Numbered from the stretch's first letter, positions 1-9,630 are shown. The stretch is 64,000 nucleotides of DNA from an uncultured Verrucomicrobiae bacterium (GCA_963806855.1 CAWDYW010000003.1:64001-128000); one strand, 5' to 3'. Notes: generated from the letters alone by a model not told the origin. A program made the numbers and translations.

Positions 1-1818
1 ATCTTTAGAGACTAATAGATAAGCAGAGAAATTTTGAGAATAAATGGGATTTGTATCATTCACAAGAGCGTAGAGAACTTTTTTATTATTATCATACGCT
101 AAACCTCTCACAGCTGCACCTGGATTGGAGCCCCTTATATTTTTAGCATTGGAGCTCCCATACCACGTTCCAATGCCTGGGTTCGCTTCAATTGCAAAAT
201 CAATATTGGTTTGGGCCAGAAAATAGGGGCCATTTAGAGCCCCAGACGCGATTCCATTAATCCCTCCAGGTATGGTAAAAAGATAAAAGGAGCGATATGT
301 GCTTAGATTATTTTGAGTTTCGCCTTCATAATTAATGAAAATATGCCCATCGTCTGAAACAATAGGGGTTGCCCCAACACAAAAATCTTTCAACACTGCG
401 GGAGTTAAACCCAAAGATATTGTTGTGAACTGAGGGGTTCCAATACTACCATTACCTGTAACGGGAAAATATCCAATGCACGGTGTCAAAGTACCGGCGA
501 TTTTATCAATCAAATCACAAACAAAGTATAAAGCTGAGCCGCCGTTGCCATCTCCCCCAAAAGCCAGTTGATTGAAATCAAAATAGGACTCTGAGAGTGC
601 ATTAAAGGGGGGGAGTGTCGGATTAAACTGGCCGGCAATGCTATAGGTTTGCCCCCCATTAGAACTTACAAGTATCGTAAGCAGCCAGGGTGGATTAGGG
701 TTTCCTTCTGCGTGAACTGATAAATTAGTGATCCAATGATTTCCAAATTTATCAAAAAGGCCATTATTATCGCCTGCTATATTAGTAGGAATTCCCATCC
801 CAGCTGCAGGACCATCAATCCTGCCAGCGATAGGCCAAGTTTTCCCTCCATCATTTGAAACTGCTCTCCATAATTGGTAGGCAAATACAAGCGCTTGATT
901 GCTATCCACGAGCGCATTTACTACTATGTTATTGGGATTAGTGGGGTTAATTGCAATCCCTCCTTGAGTAATGCTATGTCCTGATGGAGGGGAAATTGCG
1001 ACAACAGGATCTTGCAGCTGAACTATTGGTTGACCATTTTGATAGGAAATCGTTCCCATTCGGGTTAAACCATTTGCATTAAATGGGTATTGAGTTGCTG
1101 CAGAATTGTCAATCCAATAAGATCCAAAAAACCCATTATTAATATCGCCAAAATAGGTATCACCATATTGAGCCAGCAAAACTCCAAATGGCACATAGAT
1201 TTGTTGGGTGTGACCTTCACTGATGGGGAAGTTTGCAGGGGGATTAAAAGGAGTTGTGACAAGCGGGTAAGAAATCTGGACCGGGTTTGTAATAAAAGGG
1301 CCAGATTGTTGTATTGGATAATACCCCGGACCATTAAATCCTGAGGTTCCCCCGGGGAAGATTCCAGAGGTCGGTGGAGCTGCAAATCTAATATTTCCCT
1401 CTTGAGTGATCACCACAATCATACCAGGACCAGGCGCGGAAGGGGTTGATGTTACTGTTGCTTGTACCCCAATGGCCAATGGTGGTTTATACGGGTTAGG
1501 TATGAATCCCGATTTAGTATAAACGAAACCTCCACCAGGAAAATTAACTGGAAAAAGGGGAGGGTTACCATCCACTTGCGGAGGGATTATGATGCTATGT
1601 GCTGACGGTAAGGAAAACCCCAAGGAAGGGATTGTGATGGTAACTAAGTTATTATTAACGTCGATATTAACTGTTGAGGCAAAATGTGTATTTTGTGGAA
1701 TTTGGGCATAATCCTGAATGTCAAAAATAACGGGCTGCGTTATGTGTAGAGCAAAGCCTTCATTAAATAAAATGGATAGGAAAAATATGAATGTGAAAAA
1801 CTTTGTTTTGATTGACAT
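1..1818 (-). CDS. Secreted Asp-box/BNR-repeat (sialidase-like beta-propeller) protein; 3' end runs off the window; absent from the ORF track
   Basis: Manual translation from ATG at 1818 is open for 606 codons to position 1. Signal peptide MSIKTKFFTFIFFLSILFNEGFA; GIAINPTNPNNIVV; Asp-boxes SNDGGKTW, SSNGGQTY and a third starting VSKD at the edge; SD-like AGAGGGAG upstream. Confidence 0.85.
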   Translation of the reverse strand, partial: MSIKTKFFTFIFFLSILFNEGFALHITQPVIFDIQDYAQIPQNTHFASTVNIDVNNNLVTITIPSLGFSLPSAHSIIIPPQVDGNPPLFPVNFPGGGFVYTKSGFIPNPYKPPLAIGVQATVTSTPSAPGPGMIVVITQEGNIRFAAPPTSGIFPGGTSGFNGPGYYPIQQSGPFITNPVQISYPLVTTPFNPPANFPISEGHTQQIYVPFGVLLAQYGDTYFGDINNGFFGSYWIDNSAATQYPFNANGLTRMGTISYQNGQPIVQLQDPVVAISPPSGHSITQGGIAINPTNPNNIVVNALVDSNQALVFAYQLWRAVSNDGGKTWPIAGRIDGPAAGMGIPTNIAGDNNGLFDKFGNHWITNLSVHAEGNPNPPWLLTILVSSNGGQTYSIAGQFNPTLPPFNALSESYFDFNQLAFGGDGNGGSALYFVCDLIDKIAGTLTPCIGYFPVTGNGSIGTPQFTTISLGLTPAVLKDFCVGATPIVSDDGHIFINYEGETQNNLSTYRSFYLFTIPGGINGIASGALNGPYFLAQTNIDFAIEANPGIGTWYGSSNAKNIRGSNPGAAVRGLAYDNNKKVLYALVNDTNPIYSQNFSAYLLVSKD

Positions 1819-1926
1819 GGATTCTCTCCCTCTAAAGAACTTCTTATCTTGCACGATTTTTCCAATTTTGTAAAAAAAACGTTTTCTTTTTCTCTTCCCT
1901 CCATATCTTTAGGAAAGAGGCGCCAT

Positions 1927-4900
1927 ATGCTTATAGATTCCCGTTCCATTTTTTGTTCTAGCCTCATTTTCTCTTTGCTCAGTGCTTCCGGATTTGCCCT
2001 TACCACTTATGTAGTAAGCGATCCGGGTGATTCTGCTCCCAATGCCGGTGGCGCGCCGGGCGATTTGCGGTATGCTCTAAATCAAATGTATGCTCAAACA
2101 TTGCCAGGTCCATATCAAGTGGAGTTTAGGGTTTCTAAAGTTTCATTACAGGCTACTCTTCCAATGGTTGTTAATCCAGCGACCTTTGTAGGAAACGGTG
2201 TGACAATCGATGGGGGTATTCTATACCGTGGTTTTTTTATCAATGGTACTTTTGATGCGAATCCGATCATTTTGCAAAATATGACCTTTCAAAACTGTAT
2301 AGCGCAGGGAGCTGCCGGCGGGAATGGTAATGATGGCGGTGGTGGTGGTGGCGGTGCCTTAGGTGCAGGCGGAGCCATTTTTGTCGCAAGAGCCAATGTC
2401 CTTCTAGAAAATGTGAATCTAGGAGTTCCTGGTGCTGGAAATTCTGCCAAAGGGGGTTCTGGTGGTGCAGCCAATGGAAACTCAACGGCAGGGTTTGGCG
2501 GTGGTGGTGGCGGTGGCGGTTTAGGGGGAAATGGAGGAAATGGGGGTAGAGGTGGTACTGCTGGAGGTATGGGAGGAGGAGGCGGCGGCGGGGGATACAG
2601 CGGCAATGGGGGAGTTGGTGGATCAGCAACTACCTCGGAAATGTGTGGCGGAGGCGGTGGCGGCGGTTCAGCCGATGGAGGAGCGGGGGAGAGCGTTAAT
2701 TTAGGCGGAGGGGGCGGAGGCGGCGGCCCGATTCTAGGAGCGGTAGGCGGAACTGCTGGTGGCAATGGAAGCGCAGTACTCGGATTTGGGGGCGGGGGCG
2801 CTGGGGCTAACTCCACGATGCTAGGAGGGGGAGATGGAGGAGGTCCAGGTGGAGGGGCAGGAAATCCGAGTCTGGGCGGAGGCGGTGGTGGAGGCGGACC
2901 GTTTGGGACCTCTCCAAATGCAGCATTTCAAGGCGGAGCCTCAAATTATGGTGGTACTTCCGGCTCTCCTAGCGGTTTGGGCGGAGGTGCTGGTGGAGGC
3001 GGTGGACAATCGTCGGGGCAATCTGGATTTGGAGGATGGGCCTATAGTCTTAGTTCCTGTGGCGGGGGTGGAAGTGCAGGAGGTGGATCGGCGGCAGGAA
3101 CGATGTGTCCAACTTTGCCGGCTTATGGAGCAGCAGGAGGAAATTCTACAACGGGCGGCGGCGGCGGTAGCGGGGGTGGATCGAGTTTTGCAGGTAGCTG
3201 CGTTGCAGCATATGGGGGTGGCGGCGGAAGTGGTGGAAATTCGGGAACGGTTTTTGCTGCCCCACCATGCATGCCTCCCATACCAATTGCGGGCTCAGGG
3301 GGATTTGGAGGAGGAGGAGGAGGGGCTGGAGCTAATGGGATTATAGATATAGCCGGAGGGGGCGATGGAGGAATTGGAGGAGCTGGCGGCGGTGGCGGAG
3401 CTAACATGGGGACTGGAGGGTTAGGCGGTTTTTTCGCTGGAAATGGGGGTGCTGGTACCGCCACCACTGGGGGCCCCGGCGGAGGGGGAAATGGTTTTGG
3501 CGGGGGGCTTTATTTTGCTAGCGGATCCATCCAATTTATTGGAACGTGCGTAACTAATTCAAATAGTACAGCCTCTGGTGCTGCGGGCGGTTTTGGTGCC
3601 ACTGGAGGAATTCCGGCAGGAGATGATGTCTTTCTTCCCTACTTTGGAAATATTGTATTTGACCCAACTGATCCCGCCGATGCGATCACGATTTCGGGTT
3701 CGATGGTCGATCAAGAGTCTCTGATTCCTATTGGCGGTGGCGCTCAAGTTACTGTCCAAGGAAGTGGAAATGTGAAGTTTTTAGGTAATAATCAGTATAG
3801 AGGACTCACTACGGTTACTTCAGGAACGCTTACCATAGATGGATCGATTTCAAATGATCTTCTTGTTCTACTTGGGGGAACGACGAAAGGCATGGGTACT
3901 GTTTTTGGTCATGGGGAAATCATGGGTAGGGTCATCCCAGAAACTTCCATCAGCACTTATACTTTTGGATCCCTTACTCTAGATCCCTCAAGCCTGACTG
4001 GTATTGAAATTTCTCCTTCTCAGGCATCTTTGTTGAACGTCATTAACAATGCATCTGTGGCGGGAACATTAAACGTAATTCAAGATCCTCCCCTATCGAA
4101 TTATCCTCCCTCAAATGATTATGTCATCATCCATGCTGGAGGCATCATAACAGGGAATTATAGCTCGATCACAGGGGGAGCTCAGGGATTCCACTTCAGC
4201 ACATTCTTGGCTGATCCACAGACATTGATCTTGCATTATGGGAATATTTCCACCGAGGGCCTCTCTGGCAATGCATTGACTTTGGCAAACTATCTAAACA
4301 GCAATGCTCCTACCTTTTCTCCGGCATTTAATTCACTCGAGTCACTTACTGGCCAAGCCCTAAAAAAAGCTATAAATAGTGTTTCTCCTGTTCGGGATTC
4401 GCTTGGCACATTTGCGACACAGAATACGGTCTTTTCATTTAATGAATTGATCAAATCACGACTCAGCGATAGACGCGACATGCGCTGCCTTATTTTTGTA
4501 AATCCTGAAGAGAAAAATTCTTGTTGTTGCTGTGAGCCTGAATGGGACATTTCTGGTTGGCTAGGAGCTCTAGTAGAATATTCTCATCAAAATGCACAAG
4601 ATCAAACCCCTGCTTTTAGTTTTACTTCGGAGGGCGTGTTAGCTGCACTCGACTATTCCGGAGATGGAGGGGTTGTGGGGGGCGGTTTTGGATATGGTTC
4701 TACGCAGATCGACCATGCAGGCAGAGCGCATATCAACCAGTATTATGGGACTTTCTATGGAATGGTCGCTTTTGATTATTTTTATGCAGATTTTGCCCTT
4801 TGGGGAGGCTATCATCAGATTAACAATAAACGGCACATTTCTTTCCCCGGTTTTGATGCCACGGCGAAGGCTAATATCCACGGGTGGCAGTTCTCTCCTC

Positions 4901-5370
4901 ACCTAGAACTTGGATTCTCAAAACCGATGAATTGGGGAGGTTATGAACCCTTCGTCGGTTTAGATTGGGTCAATAACTGGGAAAATGGTTTCAAAGAAAA
5001 AGGTGCTGACGGGCTGAATATGAAAATAACAAGTAGATATTCTTCCCTCCTTCGCAGCGAGATTGGTGCACGGATTTATGAAACCTTTTGTTTCAATTGG
5101 TGTTGGCTCGTCCTTAAGGAAAAGTTGAGCTATGTCAATAAAACGACTTTTGGAACTGGAAAAGTGACAGCCTCTCTCATTGGAGGGTTCCCTGGCTCAT
5201 TTACCGTTAACACTTTTGATGAGACCCAAAATTTAGCCTCTATCGGATTTGAGATATTGCTAGATCCAACCGATGATTGGTATCCTTATTTCAGCCTAGA
5301 GTATGCGGGGGAATACGGAAGCGGTTTCCAGTCGCACGAAGGAATTCTGAAGATCGTCAAACAATTCTAG
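1927..5370 (+). CDS. Autotransporter (type Va) with a very glycine-rich passenger
   Basis: Signal peptide after ATG 1927 (GAGG upstream); about 430 aa of GGxGG repeats; autotransporter-associated beta-strand repeat (GSGNVKFLGNNQYRGLTTVTSGTLTIDG); C-terminal beta-barrel ending in F. Confidence 0.9.
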   Translation: MLIDSRSIFCSSLIFSLLSASGFALTTYVVSDPGDSAPNAGGAPGDLRYALNQMYAQTLPGPYQVEFRVSKVSLQATLPMVVNPATFVGNGVTIDGGILYRGFFINGTFDANPIILQNMTFQNCIAQGAAGGNGNDGGGGGGGALGAGGAIFVARANVLLENVNLGVPGAGNSAKGGSGGAANGNSTAGFGGGGGGGGLGGNGGNGGRGGTAGGMGGGGGGGGYSGNGGVGGSATTSEMCGGGGGGGSADGGAGESVNLGGGGGGGGPILGAVGGTAGGNGSAVLGFGGGGAGANSTMLGGGDGGGPGGGAGNPSLGGGGGGGGPFGTSPNAAFQGGASNYGGTSGSPSGLGGGAGGGGGQSSGQSGFGGWAYSLSSCGGGGSAGGGSAAGTMCPTLPAYGAAGGNSTTGGGGGSGGGSSFAGSCVAAYGGGGGSGGNSGTVFAAPPCMPPIPIAGSGGFGGGGGGAGANGIIDIAGGGDGGIGGAGGGGGANMGTGGLGGFFAGNGGAGTATTGGPGGGGNGFGGGLYFASGSIQFIGTCVTNSNSTASGAAGGFGATGGIPAGDDVFLPYFGNIVFDPTDPADAITISGSMVDQESLIPIGGGAQVTVQGSGNVKFLGNNQYRGLTTVTSGTLTIDGSISNDLLVLLGGTTKGMGTVFGHGEIMGRVIPETSISTYTFGSLTLDPSSLTGIEISPSQASLLNVINNASVAGTLNVIQDPPLSNYPPSNDYVIIHAGGIITGNYSSITGGAQGFHFSTFLADPQTLILHYGNISTEGLSGNALTLANYLNSNAPTFSPAFNSLESLTGQALKKAINSVSPVRDSLGTFATQNTVFSFNELIKSRLSDRRDMRCLIFVNPEEKNSCCCCEPEWDISGWLGALVEYSHQNAQDQTPAFSFTSEGVLAALDYSGDGGVVGGGFGYGSTQIDHAGRAHINQYYGTFYGMVAFDYFYADFALWGGYHQINNKRHISFPGFDATAKANIHGWQFSPHLELGFSKPMNWGGYEPFVGLDWVNNWENGFKEKGADGLNMKITSRYSSLLRSEIGARIYETFCFNWCWLVLKEKLSYVNKTTFGTGKVTASLIGGFPGSFTVNTFDETQNLASIGFEILLDPTDDWYPYFSLEYAGEYGSGFQSHEGILKIVKQF

Positions 5371-5385
5371 GGCGTGTCGGCAAAT
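5370..5385. mobile_element. Possible isolated IS5-family terminal inverted repeat
   Basis: CTAG followed by GGCGTGTCGGCAAAT resembles IS5-family ends with TA/CTAG targets, and it sits exactly where RhuM similarity stops. No transposase nearby. Confidence 0.35.
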
Positions 5386-5616
5386 TCCGAGGCAGTTAGC
5401 CGGAAATTCCGGCTAACTGAATTTTTCTTCTAACTCATTCTCATTAAATATGTTATGTATATGTTCAGAAATGGTTCGTCGGTCTTTACAGAACAACTCG
5501 CTCATTTGAGCTTTGGTTAACCAAACGGTCTCGTCGATTAGCCGTACCTCAACTCGAGTAGAGCCATCTTCCGTTTGATAAAGGATCAAAGAACTGTCTT
5601 GAAACACTTCACTCAT
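5386..5616 (-). pseudogene. RhuM-family N-terminal fragment, frameshifted and truncated
   Basis: LILYQTEDGSTRVEVRLIDETVWLTKAQMSELF...TISEHIHNIFNENEL is a typical RhuM N-terminus; removing one A from the poly-A run continues it as EENSVSRNFRLTAS before truncation. Confidence 0.8.
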
Positions 5617-5696
5617 AATTTCCTTAGTTATTAGTTAAAGGATCAATACCCCGCGCCGCTAGAAATTTGGAATTTGGGCTGCTTTATCCATCGCAA

Positions 5697-7598
5697 TTAC
5701 GCCCATGTACGCAAACCGATAATACCCCAATATGCAAGATAGGCTGTGGCTATCACCAAAGCTGTGCTAACACCGATCGAATAGACGCGAACAATACGAC
5801 GGACCCCCTGTTTAGGCGCGCGCCACAAAACTATGGCGCTGGCAGCTGAAGCGACAGCAAAAAGGATAGTTGCTAAAAACAGAGAAAAGGACCAAGCAGT
5901 CAGATTCCCCATATGCGAAATGATGGCATCGCTGGACAGCGCGCATATGACAACAATGCTAACCAAGCTTAGCACCGCAATCAAAGGCAAAAGCTTCATG
6001 TTGCGCTCCGCAGGACGGCGCCGTTTCTTGATCAGGCCACCAAAAATCCAGAACGGCGCATAAACTAAAATTGAAACGATAGAGAGTAAAACAAACCCGG
6101 TGAGGAAAATTTCAGCGATCGCGAGCCACGTGGGGATCCGTTTCATCGTTGTCCACCGCTGGCCAGTCTGAATAAATGTGCCTTTGGCATGTGGGTGAAG
6201 CAACTCAACTGTTGGGATCGGTTCGGGAGGCTCTTTCGCGGGAATAGAACGGAACTGAGCGGCAATAACTGGAATGAATGTGGCATTTTTTGCACCAAGA
6301 GAGGTCATGAAAAGATTGGCTTCTTTGAAATGGATGTAAGTCATGCCAATCAGCCGTTCAAGAAAGTAGGTTAACTCGAGCCACGGCGAGTCTGGCTCAT
6401 ACCACCCGGTGTACTCCATAGCATTTTGAGGCAGGGCTGATGCCGGAGGAATGGGTGGTTTCTGCAGATCGCGAGTGATGTAAGCACGGATCATCGTGCC
6501 GATTTTATTAAAGGCTTCTCCATTGGCGGAGTTGATGCTGTAGAAATAACCCGCACCTTTGTCAGGCATGTACCCCATGTCGGTAAGACCCCCATCTATG
6601 CCGCCATTATGTCCATGATATACAAAACCTTCGTAAACGGTCCAATAGTTGCTCAACCCATATCCGACTTTCAATCCTTCTTTTGCTGCCCAAGTGCTAG
6701 TTGGGATCTCCATGCGATCGATGGCAGCAGCGGGCAAGATTTGCTTGCTGTTTACCTTTCCGCGATTGAGATAAAAAAGGAGATAATTCGCCATGTCAGT
6801 TGCGGAGGCATTGATGGAACCGGACGGACGATAGATAATGTTCGAATAAGGATAGGGTGTTATCCCATCAATCTGATAAGTAATGCTGAATCCCTGAGTC
6901 GGTTTAAAATAAGTAGCGGTCTGCATGCCAATAGGGATAAAGAAGTTCTCTTTTACATAATCTTCAAACCTCTTTCCGGTCACCTTCTCAACGATATAGG
7001 CCGCAACAGCTGGGCCAGAATTGCAATAAGCCATGCGCGTGCCAGGTTGCCAACGGGAGGTGCGCGAATGGTGGTCGTAATCAAATGCTTCGAGCAAAGT
7101 GATGGTTGGGTCATCCTTAGCGTAGTCGCGCAAGGATATGTCATCCCAGCCTGTGGTATGCTCCAGAAGGTGGACAATGTGCACCGGATCGCTCGCTTCC
7201 CAGCGGTTCTCAAACCATACCTCAGGGACCAGCTCGTGTACGGGGTCTTGCAGGGAGAGTTTGCCTTGGTCGACTAGCTTAAGGACAGAGAGTGAGGCGA
7301 ATCCTTTGGATACTGACCCAATACGGAATAGCGTGTCTGCTGTTGCGGCCCGACCGCTGGCTACATCAGCCTTGCCAAGACCGGCAACCCACTCCTGACC
7401 ATCTCGATGCACAATCGCAACCGACATGCCTGGTATATGCCCATCCTCGAGCACCTTTTCGAGCTGCTGTTTTAACTCTTCAATGGACTTAGCAGGCTTC
7501 TTATCCTCTTTTGTATTTTTAGAGGAACAGGCGGTGCCAAGCAGACAGAAAAGAAGTATAGAAATAAAAAATTTTACAATTTGAATTCTTCCTTTCAT
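5697..7598 (-). CDS. Serine hydrolase, beta-lactamase/AmpC-like family; lipoprotein with C-terminal transmembrane helices
   Basis: FRIGSVSK (SxxK), YCN (YxN), LLEHTTG and HNGG motifs; lipobox-like LLGTAC; about four C-terminal hydrophobic segments. Start could be 7598 or 7661. Confidence 0.85.
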   Translation of the reverse strand: MKGRIQIVKFFISILLFCLLGTACSSKNTKEDKKPAKSIEELKQQLEKVLEDGHIPGMSVAIVHRDGQEWVAGLGKADVASGRAATADTLFRIGSVSKGFASLSVLKLVDQGKLSLQDPVHELVPEVWFENRWEASDPVHIVHLLEHTTGWDDISLRDYAKDDPTITLLEAFDYDHHSRTSRWQPGTRMAYCNSGPAVAAYIVEKVTGKRFEDYVKENFFIPIGMQTATYFKPTQGFSITYQIDGITPYPYSNIIYRPSGSINASATDMANYLLFYLNRGKVNSKQILPAAAIDRMEIPTSTWAAKEGLKVGYGLSNYWTVYEGFVYHGHNGGIDGGLTDMGYMPDKGAGYFYSINSANGEAFNKIGTMIRAYITRDLQKPPIPPASALPQNAMEYTGWYEPDSPWLELTYFLERLIGMTYIHFKEANLFMTSLGAKNATFIPVIAAQFRSIPAKEPPEPIPTVELLHPHAKGTFIQTGQRWTTMKRIPTWLAIAEIFLTGFVLLSIVSILVYAPFWIFGGLIKKRRRPAERNMKLLPLIAVLSLVSIVVICALSSDAIISHMGNLTAWSFSLFLATILFAVASAASAIVLWRAPKQGVRRIVRVYSIGVSTALVIATAYLAYWGIIGLRTWA

Positions 7599-7698
7599 AA
7601 GTACCTGTAAAAAATCTAATCGAATGCATTCAGCATAACATGAGATAATTAGACAAAGCAAACATCTTCACTCGTTTTTATAGGCTGCAAAGGAGGGG

Positions 7699-8664
7699 TT
7701 ATGCCCTTGAGTCTGGGCCTAAGCTAAGTCCTTCTATGTGATCTGTAAAGCTGCTCATCAATTCAAAAAATCTCATCTTCATGCTTTGGTCCCTTTCTTT
7801 GGGATTCACAATCAGCTTAAATACATAGGACATGCGCCAGGTCTTAACATCTGACGGGATTTTTGATTCCTCGATGCTGTGAAGGATATCTCCCTCGAAC
7901 AAAACAATACGCATATTCGAGCAGTTAGCCCTTAAGGCGATTTTCCCATCTTTTTGATAGAAGACAGTTCCCATGCAATACTCAGAGAGAAAGTCTTCTG
8001 CGGTGGTATAGACCATGACCGAGATCAGCCAGGGCTTTCCTGGATCGCCATTGACAAACTTATTGGGATGAAATTCATTTTCCAGGGAATATAGAACGGG
8101 GATGCCAAAAGAGATCCCCCCTTCTGGGTTACAATCTTGATGTTTGCCCAGATCCATGCTTTCTTCAGAGGCTTCTTCAAGCCTGTTGGCAATAACAGCT
8201 GGGGATCCGTGAGAGGCTTGGTCACATAATTCCCAAGGGAGGGTCGTAATATCGGCATTTAGCCCATGCGCAAGCATGCCCAGTAGCTTATAGACTTCAT
8301 CGATCGCCTTGGGCGGATTAGAGAAGAATTGCCACCGCTCTTTTCCATTCATTGAATGAGCAGGCTTTTCCCCTTTTTCTATGGCTTCGGGACTTCCATA
8401 ACTATTTCTGCTAAAGGTGGCGGTTTTGGAGAAGTTCCGCATTTCTTCCCCCTCAGTTTTTAGAAAATAATCATCTAAAAGATAGAGGCTCTTTCCTTCT
8501 ATGGAGGCATGTTTAATCGAGCAGATTCTTAATCTTGAATTAGGAGAGATAAAAGGATGTGGTTCGAAGTGAAAAGTAAGAAGAGAGGTATTGGGATTGC
8601 TATAGTGCTCGTCGAGCAGAACAGTTGAATCTTTTTTGACTTTTGGTTTTTCTAAATCAAGCAT
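7699..8664 (-). CDS. Putative 2OG-Fe(II) oxygenase-superfamily protein
   Basis: HQD (HxD), distal H in FEGDILHSI, and R in WRMSYVFK match the double-stranded beta-helix oxygenase pattern. Confidence 0.65.
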   Translation of the reverse strand: MLDLEKPKVKKDSTVLLDEHYSNPNTSLLTFHFEPHPFISPNSRLRICSIKHASIEGKSLYLLDDYFLKTEGEEMRNFSKTATFSRNSYGSPEAIEKGEKPAHSMNGKERWQFFSNPPKAIDEVYKLLGMLAHGLNADITTLPWELCDQASHGSPAVIANRLEEASEESMDLGKHQDCNPEGGISFGIPVLYSLENEFHPNKFVNGDPGKPWLISVMVYTTAEDFLSEYCMGTVFYQKDGKIALRANCSNMRIVLFEGDILHSIEESKIPSDVKTWRMSYVFKLIVNPKERDQSMKMRFFELMSSFTDHIEGLSLGPDSRA

Positions 8665-8666
8665 AA

Positions 8667-9608
8667 TTAAATCTGTTTTTCAATAAGCATAACAAGTGCT
8701 TCGTTATATTTATAATATTCACATGACTTAGGCACATCTACAGTAATTAGCCTTTCATGGTAGTCGACATTTGGGTTGGTAATGATCGATTCGAAGAACT
8801 CGGGGTTTTCGTATTTTGAGATCGGATTGCTGGTAAAACAAGAAAACCGTCCCCCCTTGCCCATGTGGTTTTTAAGGCAAGCTTGAAGGAAGACGAGCAT
8901 GCGATCAGTTCGTTTTTCGATCATTTTCAAACTAGGAGCTTCTTTTTTCTCAAGGCGATATTTGCAAATCAGTTTTTCATACTGCTGCGCGGAAATCTGC
9001 TCGTGTTTCCTTAGCTCATAGGCAAAATTGGCCATTTCAGGTGGATGGAATTGACCAATTTGGCTAAAAAATTCATCGAGATCAGAGTCAGAATAGCGGG
9101 TGCTCATCAATTGGGGCAGCTGCTCTTTAACCGTAGCGATGAGCTCTTTTCCTTTTTGAACAACAAGATTCCCTATTTCGCGTTGATGCGCCCTTTCTGC
9201 CTCAGCTGCAGGCTCGAAATTATTGAAAAAAATGGCGTCAAATATCCCCAGCTTGGGGAGAGCGTTCTCCCACTTATCCTGTATTACCGAGATGGTGGGA
9301 TTATCCTGAGCCCATTTTACAGCTTTTGCAGCAATTTCCGGATCGGATTCAATAATTGTGTGATGTTTAGGATGGTAAGATTGGATACGGGTAGCTGAAT
9401 AGCCTAAAGCAAAGCCCACCTCTAACACTTCACCAGATGGATTTAACTCATCGATTAAAGTTTCTAGGTAGGATTTTTCCCATGCCATCCTAGCCAGCTC
9501 TTTTTTTTGCTCTTGAAAATGGCATTCACTGTTTTTGAGCATATATTCCACAAAAAATCCAATGCTAATTTTATTTTTAAAGTGCCCTATATTTTTTGTT
9601 TCTGTCAA
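8667..9608 (-). CDS. Class I SAM-dependent methyltransferase, GAMT/Rmt2-like
   Basis: MAWEKSYL...VLEVGFALGYSA...HTIIESDP...WEN...FDAIFF...GGRFSCF resembles guanidinoacetate/Rmt2 methyltransferases. Start could be ATG 9542. Confidence 0.7.
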   Translation of the reverse strand: MTETKNIGHFKNKISIGFFVEYMLKNSECHFQEQKKELARMAWEKSYLETLIDELNPSGEVLEVGFALGYSATRIQSYHPKHHTIIESDPEIAAKAVKWAQDNPTISVIQDKWENALPKLGIFDAIFFNNFEPAAEAERAHQREIGNLVVQKGKELIATVKEQLPQLMSTRYSDSDLDEFFSQIGQFHPPEMANFAYELRKHEQISAQQYEKLICKYRLEKKEAPSLKMIEKRTDRMLVFLQACLKNHMGKGGRFSCFTSNPISKYENPEFFESIITNPNVDYHERLITVDVPKSCEYYKYNEALVMLIEKQI

Positions 9609-9630
9609 TAAAAAGTAATATTTTTTTTAC

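Noticed and set aside
1065..1385. Short ORFs listed in the track
   Set aside because: Out-of-frame or antisense to the long 1-1818 minus-strand gene.
2267..3467. Poly-proline ORFs on the minus strand
   Set aside because: Antisense shadows of GGN codons in the Gly-rich autotransporter.
6609..7277. 222-aa plus-strand ORF
   Set aside because: Antisense shadow of the serine hydrolase with no recognisable motifs.
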